Source of the DNA: Chara braunii | Lineage: Eukaryota; Plantae; Charophyceae | Assembly: GCA_003427395.1 (NCBI GenBank) | Contig: BFEA01000003.1 | Coordinates: 7,661,020-7,725,019, forward strand | Length of the DNA stretch: 64,000 nt | Direction of reading: 5' to 3' | In this document: one piece after another, positions 36,761-47,569 of the stretch | Numbering within the stretch: the stretch's first letter is position 1 | How the letters are laid out: each line of letters begins with the position of its first letter | The notes under the pieces: model-generated | Seen by the model: only the letters and a program-made list of their open reading frames with translations | Told to the model about the DNA's origin: nothing | Database searches by the model: none | Translations under genes and position numbers: made by a program

Positions 36761-38970
36761 CAACTTGTCTGTTTTGTGCGCTGTATTAGACCAGGGGACA
36801 AGTGCACGCTTCGGAACGACCCATAACCAAGAACATCAGGCAAACCTCCCATAGTTCAGATCCCAGCATACAACAACTGTGGACTAACCCCTTGGTGCGC
36901 GGCAAGTGTCTGTATTCCTTTCCGTGCATCAGCCGAAGGGGGGGTGTGCCAATGGCTGTGCGTTATGAGAACGCTGCCGGCGTACGTGCACGAGGCCGTG
37001 GAGTTTTTGAATCCGCAACCTCAGACCACAATGCGCATTTCCAACCGGTGCTCTGCCCACTGAGCTAGCAGCCATTCACTTGTGTGTTTTTGTCGTCTCG
37101 GGAGCGAAAGTGCAAGTATGAGGGCCTCGCTCCGCTATTCAGAGAACAACATGAAGGGAATGTGCCGCGCTGCAAGTCATTTTGCTCTGGTGGTCCTCAT
37201 ACAGGTTCAAACAAAAGAAAGAACCAGTGCGGGCCTCTTTTTGGATGGCGCTGCAAGCCATTTTGCTCCGGTGGCCGGACCCCAAAAGTTGTGGCAGTAT
37301 GCAAGCCGCAACTTTGAAAACATGGCTGGCTGGGAAACGTACTGGTGGTTTACAGTCGTAACTCAGGCCTTTGTCTTTTACCCACTTGTGGAGAGTCGAG
37401 ACCGTGATCCCCATTTTGCGCTTAAGTGTTGTAGCGGTCGTAAAGAAAACAGCAAAATTGGTTCTGCTACCCGAGTAGCAGAACTCTGCCTCCTTTTTGA
37501 ACGAGAAAAGAAACCTCTGTAAGCAGTGATAATGAAGAAAATAACTGCCTCCTTTTTGAACGCACAAAAGGCGAAAGCCAATCGTACAGATACATGCATC
37601 ACAGACGAAGGTGATGGAAAAAAGACAGAGTCAAGGATGGACAGAAAACCCTGAGCGCAACGGCTCTTGAGATATGAAATTGAAGAGCCAAACAGATGCA
37701 AAAGTAGATGACGCCGAAACGTCACCATAGGCGATAGACACGACTGGCGAAACACCCGACACGTGTTTCTGCTGGCTCGCCAGTGCCGGCTTCCTCAGGG
37801 GATGTGCAAGGTGACGTTAACAGTGTGGCAGAGGTTTTAAAGAACACAGCAAATTTTGTTGCTCCGTGGATTGAGGAAGAGACTCCAGGTTGACATCAGT
37901 CTAATCCAACCCTGGCACGAGGTCAGCACCCCCCCATTATGGCTGTACACAACCGGAAAGATGGCTTGTATACGTCCATTATCAGGGCACGTTATGTTTT
38001 GGGGGAAACGGTAGCAGTGGGGTAGGCTTATGGGTGCTTTCCTGCCAGCTTACGCCACGGCACTTGCCATGTGACAGGGCCATTATGCATTCATGGACAT
38101 AAAAAATTACATGGAAGGGCCCAAAAACGAAAAGGAATAGAGCACTGCTTGCCAGAAACAACAGAGTAGGGCTTCCCAGCCATGAGATGCAAAATATTCT
38201 GACGGTGGATGTCGCCAGAATAGTGAAGAAAACAACTGCCTCCCGTTTTGAACGAGAAAAGAAACCTATGTAAGCAGTGATAATGACGTACCATATGGAC
38301 TTTGTGATTGAAATAGTGCTTCTACCAATGAGATTGTTGTGCACTACGGTCATTATCGCTGTATCTAGACTGAAGTTCGCCCAAATGCAGGCCTGATTAC
38401 GATACATTCTGTTCAAGCAAAGACGCTACTATGAAAGTACGATAAGTGTTCTAAACCATGGGTGTATGCCCAAACCTGCCTCTCAATGGGGTCAGGCATA
38501 CACCGATTCGGTGGAGACGGCCCGACTTCTGAGATCACCCATGAGCTGGAGCAGATTTTGGCAGGAAACTAACAGGGCAGTGGTAAAGCTGGCCGCAGGC
38601 AACCTGAGAAAGCGAGACAGCCTCTATGCAAAGTTTGGAGGCTCGGGCAGCAGTGCCAAAAGGGCGGGTGATGACAGCCAAATGGGGAAAAGAAGGCTGT
38701 GCTAGCAACTAGGCAACCCCTGGCGCGCAGAGGGGAGCCGGTGCCCTCAGATGTACTGGTGGTTTAAGGACAGGTCTTTCTTCAGTTAATATGTGTAAAA
38801 CACCAACCTTCGGATCACAAGTCGTTGCAGGGCAGATTTGGGTCGTTCTCCTGCCACACAAACTATTGTCTATCCAAGCCTGTTGCTAAGGGGACCTCTG
38901 TCCACATGACAAGAGAATCGCATGAGGGAGGGTGTTTAAGAAATCATACAAGTTGACCATTCACTGAGAT

Positions 38971-38972
<2 letters not shown>

Positions 38973-39053
<81 letters not shown>

Positions 39054-39125
39054 GCCTCTCCCCCCCTCCCCCTTTCTTTCTCCCCACCCCCCCCACCCCC
39101 CCCCCCCCCCCCCCCCCTCCCCCCG
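38973..39125. repeat. (CT)n microsatellite followed by a C-rich tract
   Basis: Direct reading. Confidence 0.95.
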
Positions 39126-39512
39126 CCACGCCGCTGTTCAATCTAATACTGCCCCCTCTGGACCAACCCGCCCCCCTCAGTTTATGGCATTTATGCTTCT
39201 CTTGCCAACACCATCAATAGGTCATTCATCGTTCATCGTCATGCACATCCCCGATTCAAAGTTCATACCTCATTGCATCGCCTCCTCTGAAGATGCTTCT
39301 GCTACCTTGTGCTGTAATGTGTCCACCTTCAGTAAGGCCATCCACCGTTGATGTTCATGCCATCCACCGTTGATGTCAATGCAGGTCCCCGATTCAAAAT
39401 TTGTCACCCATTGCATCACTTCCTCTCTGAAGACGCTTCTGGTAACTTGCCGTGTCATGTCTGCACTGATATGAAGCAGTTGTGGTGTCTTCTGCCATGC
39501 CCATTCTTCCTT

Positions 39513-39615
39513 CCCTGTCAGCCTGCAACTGACATGGCCCCTGTCAGCCTGCAACTGACATGCCCCCTGTCAGCCTGCAACTGACATGCCCCCTGTCAGC
39601 CTGCAGCTGACATGC
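39513..39615. repeat. 26-bp tandem repeat x4 with an internal palindrome
   Basis: ccctgtcagcctgcaactgacatgcc; TGTCAG-N7-CTGACA in each unit. Confidence 0.92.
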
Positions 39616-40207
39616 GATTTGTCTGGAGTGTTTGGCGGGCATGCGTAATGCCAGCCGTCGTGGCAGCTGTTGTGCTGAGAATGCTTAACACGGCTAGGTC
39701 ATCCATGTCAGCACCCACCTCATCCCTACCGTTCACGTCCTCTCTGTCGTCGAGGACAGGCACAGACTGACTCCTGAGTCTCCGCTTATCCTTCCCTATG
39801 TTCCCCTTCTTTATTCCCACACTCCCTGTGCTCCCCCTCTTTATTCCCACACTCGTTATTTTCCCTTTGTCTCCCTTCGGTCTTTCCTCCCTCTTTGTCC
39901 CCTCTCCCTTTATTCTGCCCTTTTTTGGTAGGGTGCAAGTGGGCCGTTATGATGACACGGGGACGTAGGCAGGTCACGCTCAACTACGCCAACTTGGCGA
40001 GCCTTGTACATGAAAGGAGAGGCACAAGGGCGTGTGGGCGGGCAGGAGTTTGGTCCTGTCCGTCGGTTAATTGATTGGATTGGCTGATCAGCATGTGTGA
40101 TGGCCGCATGAAAATGTGATATCCCATTCCCTGTTTTTCCTTGGTCGTCTTATGGTTTTGTTGGTTGGTTGGTTGGTTGGTTGGTTGTGGCTTGTGATGG
40201 GATGCAG

Positions 40208-40471
40208 GGTGGCACTTCCTATTGGAGTGAACATGATAAAAAAGAGACTGGAGGGAAACTACTATCGCAACGTGAATGCTTACAGACATGATGTCGAGCA
40301 AATCGAACGAAACAGCGTCCTGTATTACACGCCGACGAGCGTGGAAGTCCGAAAGGCGAAGGCGCTAGTGAAAAAGCTTTTGGAAAGAGTGGACTCATCG
40401 CCTGAAGGCAGGAGTGGAGGAGGCAGTCGAACAAGGCCGAGGACAATAGCCTCTCCTTCTGATGCTCATGG
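40208..40471 (+). CDS. Exon encoding the C-terminal half of a bromodomain (BRWD/PHIP-like)
   Basis: RVALPIGVNMIKKRLEGNYYRNVNAYRHDVEQIERNSVLYY...KAKAL; flanked by tgcag acceptor and gtaggt donor; open frame. Confidence 0.72.
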
Positions 40472-41520
40472 GTAGGTTGGGAGTGTGACGGTGGGAGCGT
40501 AACGGCACAAGATGAACGATACAGCACAGATTGATTGGGGAAGGCAGAGCATGTTTACTGTTTGATGGTGGGAAAACTTTGGATTCAATTTGAGATTCGG
40601 TTTTCGGACAGCATTTTCCGCATTGGGTGTTAACTGTCCATCATTCACTTGCTCACCGGGAGCAGCAGGCAGACAATGGGAGAAGCAGCTGAAGAATGAT
40701 GATGATGGCATCAGCCCTCGGGAGCTGGCGAAGGGAATGGAATGGAATATGTCTGTATATGGACATATGGACTATGAGGACGAGGGGCAGACTGGCTCAG
40801 CGATGTTTTTGAGAGATGTCAATGGCATTCACGTCGATCGGCTAAGTCCGCTGCCACGAATCTAGTCACATTGGACGCTGCGCGGAACGGAAAGTGTCGT
40901 ATTCTTTCAGGTGGTTGGAAGCATGCAGCGATCGATTGGGTGAATGGATGACGTTTGGGCTCGCCCTTCCGGGTGAGATTTAGTAATCGTTTGTTGCAGC
41001 AAGCCTTTGTTTAGTGAGCACACATCACCTTCATCATTTCCGGTCGACGTAACTGGGGGTGATATCTCTGTGCAGCAATGTGGAGATAGGATGGATGGAC
41101 TACATTTTGCATTATAATGTCGTATTCTGTTCTGTGGGTGGAATTGGAAATATGCAGTGATCACTCGATTGGGTGAATGGAACGGAGAGTGTTTGGGCCC
41201 CCCTTGGGTTTGGTTTGGGGTATAATGAGATTTACTAATCATTTGGCTGGCTGAGCAACTGCTTGCTTGAGTATTTGAGGACATGGCCTTCATTTCACGT
41301 ACTGATGTAACATCGGGAAAATCTATGTAGGGGCAGTGTGGAGATAGGACTTGCAGGCTGACAGTCAGGCTTGAGCATTTTTATGTCACTGTCATTATGT
41401 CACAACAACAACAACAGGAACAGAACATGTCGCCGAGGAGGGGACGTGAGTATATGTGAAATTGACAGAGAAACCTCGTTTGTGTGCTTCTTTCCTCTGC
41501 GTCTTTATGGTTTTTCCTCT

Positions 41521-41561
<41 letters not shown>

Positions 41562-42482
41562 TCTTTTTTAATCTTGTGTTTAATATCTTTGGAGGTGTGG
41601 ACTTGTTCAGGCCCTTTGTTTTTGATTAGCATGCAGCAAAATGCCTATCACAACAAATTTGGCTCGAGTTTTTCGAAAAGGATATTAGTTGGACAATTTT
41701 GCACAGTTCAACCAAAAAACCCAACCCCCCTTCCGGTCTCCGCAACTTGTGCGTTCTTCAACACTAGCAGCTGTAAACAGGACTCCTTTCCTGTGATCTC
41801 TTCTGTCCTCCCCATCCTTTCCAGATCTCTCCTCCTTATAGCACTTCTCACCTCCTTTGTGACTGGAAATGAAATGTGAGGGATAGAATATATTATATAT
41901 GCCAAAAGAGACCGCCAACAATTCAAAGAAAAAAAAAAAAAAACAATTCAACATTGGAGCTCATCAAGTTGGTCAACGACCGGAGCGGAAGTGAAAGGAA
42001 CATGTTTGTGTGTGTGGGGGCGTATGTGGGCGTGTTTGTGAGCATGTGTGTGCATGTGTCTTCTTCTGTTTTACTTCCATCTGAGTGGCATATTGAGTGG
42101 AAGGGTTGAGTGGTTTGGAGGAGAAGTTGCTGTACGCCATGATATTAATGCTCAAGCATGTGGGCGTGCGAACTTGTGTGTGTGTGTGTGTGTGTATGAG
42201 CATGTGCGCGTGTCAGAGAGAGATAGAGAGAGGGAGGGGGGGGGGAAGAGGAGAGACAGTCATCCATGTGCGGTAGCAAGTCTGCGATGTCAGTAATTCA
42301 ACGTGGAGGAGACACCCTACTGTAGATGGGATGACATAATAAGAGAGCAGTACCGCCGAGCGGGCAGTGTACGAAAACGTTGAGGGAGGTGCTGACATAG
42401 ACTTATATATAGGGCTTTTCGACGCCTTGCCTTTGTAAATGACAACATCGCTGTGAGCTCTTCACCTTTTGTTTTTTTTTGT

Positions 42483-42660
42483 GGATTTGCTACGCACAGC
42501 AGTTTCTCGGCCGGCGGAATTGGAATCAGACGGTAGCTGTGGAGTTTGTTTTCCAGATGGGAGTGTTGGCGCGGACTTGCTACGTACAGCAGTTTCTCAG
42601 CCGGCGGAATTGGAATCAGAGGGTTGCTGTGTGGAGTTAATTCACCAGATGGGAGTGTTT
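42483..42660. repeat. ~91-bp tandem duplication
   Basis: ga.ttgctacg.acagcagtttctc.gccggcggaattggaatcaga twice. Confidence 0.85.
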
Positions 42661-43836
42661 GCGTGCAACAATTTCTCCCCGCTTGGGAATCAGAAACAAT
42701 CTTCTTAGACAGCAGAAATGCACTGGCTGGATTGTATCGGTCATCCATTTCTCATTTCTCGGCGACGTTACAGATTGCCAAATGGACAAAGAAGGGCTGT
42801 TATTCAAATGGCCCTGTGACTCTTTTTGGGCGCTGACTCTTTTGGGTGGTGACTTTTTTGGGGGGTGACTCTTTTGGGGGGGTGGAGTAAGAAGCACACA
42901 GTATGGATCAGCAACGAAATGTCGCCACCAATGAGATCGGCGGTGACGTGGGAATGCAGCGATGGCAACGTGCGGGATTGCAATAAGGACGAGGATAACG
43001 ACGAAGATGGCGTGGGTGGCCGGATTATTATATACCGGAAAGCCCGAAACTCAAGTGTGGTTCGCCTATGTAGCAATCAAATTCAGGCGACTCGATTATT
43101 ATCATATAAGGCGATGTTGAGGACAGCGGCATCCAGTCATGCAACACAGTTGCTTGCAGGAAAAAGTGGAGGTGGTTACGAGGAGGGAAGGAAGAGAGGA
43201 GGGGGAGACGGAAGGGGGGAGATGGGATTGCTAGCTGCAATCTTTGGTATATTGTCGTACCGGACATGTATGAAAATTTGTCGAATCAAAAGGTTTGTGA
43301 TGCGTGTTAAAGTAGTTCTTCATTAGACGGCAATGCCAATGTAAGTCAACTGTATGACACAGAGGTGTTTCTGCCTGAGGAGCGCATAAACATCCGTCGT
43401 AACTTAGAATTTTTAGAATTTTTACTTATATTGTAAGTATAATAGACTATTAAAATAGTATTAATAGTATATGAGTTTACCAGCGTTTTTGGAACAAGGG
43501 CAGTCCGTGGAAGCCTAGGAAGAGAGAGAGAGAGAGAGAGCATGGTGGAAAGAGGAAATATCGAAGATGGGAGGGAATGGATTGTCATGAGATTTTTGAA
43601 TGGGATGGGATTTTATTATTTTATTATTTTTTTTATTTTTTTGTAAACAGAACCTTATGGCTCTGGCTCCTTTCCATTCTGGGGAGTGTCAGTCCGGTTC
43701 CTACTCCGCCGGGATGTTGTGCAACCTGCAAGGTGAAAATCTTTAGCCAACTCAAAGAAAGATTTTGAAACACAAGTGTCAGCTTAGCCGTCGTTGCTTC
43801 TCATTCTATTACAACCCAGTCTTCATGCTTGTTGAG

Positions 43837-43900
<64 letters not shown>

Positions 43901-44224
43901 NATCCAAAACCCAATCCAAACAGACTCCTCTTCAACCGATACCTAAAGTTCAGACCTGCCCCAGCACCCACATCAGGCTATCATATGGCAACGACCACCA
44001 GAGACAGGCTATACAGACAAAGAAGTATCAAGCTAGGGTTTAGGGTTTTAGCACCAAATACAGGATAAGACCAGATTACCAACATGGCCTCAGCCGTTTC
44101 CCTTATGGGATTCAAGGATTGTATCACAACCCCCTAACCCCCTCAGCGCCCACCATCCCCCCCGGTCTTTCCCACGAGCAGGAGGCCTCCCCAATGGGCA
44201 GTGAAGCTAGCCAGGGCGGCCATC

Positions 44225-44790
44225 GACATTCTCTCGCTCAATGTCAATGGATTGATCCATGCAAAAGCAGAAAAAAAAAAAAAACGCCATATGGAATATG
44301 TTAAAGAACCCAGTTAATGGGGGTTGGCCCGACGCAATGTGTGTTCAAGAGACCCACCTGCCCTCCCTCCTCCAAACTCAAATCGTCGACTGTTGACCAC
44401 GATGTGCAGCAAGGAAGGTGGGTTAGTCTTAAGGTGGCGTATGAAGAGGATAAATTTTACCTGGTCTCCGTATATGCGCCCAATGATTCAACACATAGAA
44501 TAGACCTTTGGCTCTCCCTTCTCCAATATCTACCGGACGATGCCCCGATAATAATAGCAGGTGACTTCAACACGATTCTTGACCCGTTAATGGATCGCAG
44601 ATCTGCTGGTCATCAGTCCAACCAGGCGACCCCGTCTCAGCCAAACCTAGGCCCTAATATACTCATTCTCAGACAACTAATGGCGGAGCGGAAACTAGAG
44701 GTAGTAGAGGATGTCTATAAACTACTGCATCCGAGCCGAAGAGCCTACACCTGCCTGTCATCTAGGGGAGAACAGGGTCTGACCAATTGA
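44225..44790 (+). pseudogene. LINE APE endonuclease fragment
   Basis: DILSLNVNGL, DAMCVQETHL, GRWV, VSVYAPND, IIAGDFN in shifting frames; no RT follows. Confidence 0.88.
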
Positions 44791-47147
44791 AACTCCGACG
44801 AAACAGTTTGTCACAGCCTCTCGTTTCTTGTACTCTTCTCCCTCTCCGCCTATGGTTTACCGGGCAGCTCTATTTGACTATATATACCACGACTTCGCTA
44901 TCACCCTGCTACGGTATTCTCCGGTTAGGTCGAGCGGCAGTGGTCGGGGCCATCACTACGCGACCATGTTGTGCCTCTAGTGCCAGCAGCGTGTCCGGAG
45001 TGTATTTTTTGGCTGTGACAGACCTTTCTTTATTTTGTGGTTGTTTTGCTTGCTGGTGATGGGGTGTGAACCGACAGTCTGTAGAGTTTTCCATCTGGTG
45101 TGGGTGAATGATAGTCTGCTTTGACTTTTGCCAAAGGTACCTTGAGGGCAGTGGTTGGTGCCCACCTCAGGGTATCAGTTGTCGGGCAGTCGTTGATGCT
45201 TAACTACAGCCGGGGTTAAGGTGGATTATCACTTACAATGTAATAAGTTAGGGGATTATACAAACTGTTGAGGGGTTGGCGGGACCAATGCAGTATTAGT
45301 AGTATTCCTCTTTTCTTCCCTTCGTCATGCGGCTTTACCTTTAATATTTGTGGTTATTATTTTTTATCTTTATTAGTATTAGTATTCTTATTATTTTCAA
45401 GTGGGGCCCGACACCGGTTTTAGGACCCGTGCGGACCTGCGTGCGTTCGGGATGCCAGCGTAGTTCCTCTATCCTGCCTGATCGAGAGGCTCAACATGCA
45501 TGCTGGCATGGGAGTCGGTTCCACGAGGAGGAAGAAACCAGGGTGGTTGGGCTCGCTGTGGGTGCAGTCCGTCGCCCACCATCTGCTGAAAGGGTGTGTG
45601 TGTATGAGCATGCCCGTTGAGAGGAGGATGAGGCCAACGAGGAGGGGCTGAACCTGGACAACATATCGTGTCGGGTGTATTTGGAGGCGAGCATGGAGGA
45701 AAACGAGTCTGGTCGGGGTGGAAGATCATTGATCTCGTTCGTTTCTTGACAGAAACAGACGAGTGAAAACTCGAATCGAGGGTTTTGGATCATGGCGACC
45801 CTGAATTTGCAATCAGGTGGGTATGAGAATTAATAGATTATGAGTTAGTAAAGAAAAGCACCGCGCAGAGTAACGACAAGGATGGATATGGCGAGGCGGT
45901 AAAACAAAGATTTCACTCGTTTCTTGATGAAATAGAGTGAAAGAAGATGATAGATCGGGGTTTTGAGGCGCTGCCAGCATCATGGCAGTGTCGGATTTGC
46001 CTTTAGGTTAGCAGTTTGGCCGGGATCAATACCGGAAATTGTGCCCAGGGGGAAGGCTCGAAAACGGCGATGTATTTTTCCTCGTTCTAGCGGAAATTTC
46101 TTTTTTTTTTTTTTTTTTTTTTTTCCTTATGTTTCTGCAAGCGAAGCAAAGCCAATTCCAGCGCATCGTCGTTTAGCATTGCGGCCACAGTCCTGACCCC
46201 GATGTTCATTGCCATGGTTGCCTTCGCTTTTACTGCCATGGTCATCTTCGTCATAGCGCCCTCTCGTCGTCGCTCTCTCGTTCGTTCGTACTGATGTTCG
46301 CGATCCTTTTGTTCCCGGGCAATCGCCATGCTTTTCGGTTTTATTCAGCACTCCCGATCTGCTCTGAGCAATACCGCTGTTTGAATCCGGACGTTAGTGC
46401 AACCAGGTACAGACTGCTGAGGGAAGTATCGCGTGCGTGCATGTATGACAAAGAGAGAGGAAGGGCTTCGTCACTCACCTTAAGTGTTGGCAATGCGGGA
46501 TGAGTGGAGAGTCGAGCGACGGTGTCAAGCCGCAACGAAACGAGGGGAAGTTTAGCAATGTATATGTCCCTGGTTCAGCAGAAGATTCGCTCCCATTTTG
46601 CACACTCGGTCAACATGATAGTCGGATCTACGTTTCGCCCGCAACTGGTTACTGTGGTCGACCACTGGCAGGGCCTTGCTGGTTCTATGGCACGTGATCA
46701 TCCCCTCAACCAGCAGGGTTGTCATCGACTCTCTGCTGGTGACCATCATGTTTGTGACTCTTGGTCACTGTACTTAGTTGTCTCTGAGGAGATTTCACTT
46801 GCTAACCACAGGGAAGTTGATGATGTTGAATTTCATGTGCAAGGGCTAATTATGATCAGCAGGGAGCAAGCCGAACCCTGTGCACATCCTCTTCAGGCCC
46901 ATTATGAGCAGAAGGCCACTACTGCGAAGAGAGGTGAGAAGAACAAAACAGAGAAAAGAGGATGCGGTTGCACCGTGGCCGCGAGTGTTGTTCATTACGG
47001 CGGCTGCGACTTGTTGAGGGAGCCGCTGGAATGGTGTTGTCATTGTCTTCAACTACGTGCGGATGTCCATTGACAGGGGATGTTGTCATGTTATTTGTGG
47101 ATTTTTGTTGAATCCTTGCTTACCTCTGCTTTATCATTGTTGCGACC

Positions 47148-47492
47148 GTTATTGAGGACCTACTGCTAGTTCCGGCCTGGGTGGACTAGGGGAGACCATC
47201 GCTGCAAAAGACTGTCATTTTGTTCTTTGCGGGCGTTGTTATTTGAGTTCATTAAGCACGTTGTTGCTCGAAGCTGGTGAAATTATTTTACCGCGCTCAT
47301 GGCTACTATGCTACTGCGGCCATTATTAAGGACCTACTGCTAGTTCCGGCCTTGGTGAACTAAGGGAGACTATTGCTACAAAAGACTATCACTTTGTTCT
47401 TTGTGGGCGCTGCTATTTGAGTTCATGAAGCAAGTTATTGTTGGAAGCTGGTGAATTTTTTTTACCGCGCTCGTGGCTACTATGCTACTGCG
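47148..47492. repeat. ~175-bp tandem duplication
   Basis: ttatt.aggacctactgctagttccggcct...ggctactatgctactgcg twice. Confidence 0.88.
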
Positions 47493-47559
47493 CCTGGCGT
47501 TGTATTGTCATGTGCACTATGGTGGACTGTTGTGATCAGCCTGCGTCCTGAATAGAGCT

Positions 47560-47569
47560 AGAGGGGGGA
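47560..47569 (+). other. Putative polypurine tract
   Basis: AGAGGGGGGA immediately followed by TGTTAAC. Confidence 0.55.

Noticed and set aside
46504-47073. Degenerate chromodomain upstream of the PPT
   Set aside because: The position is plausible, but the motif match is too weak to call without an HMM search.
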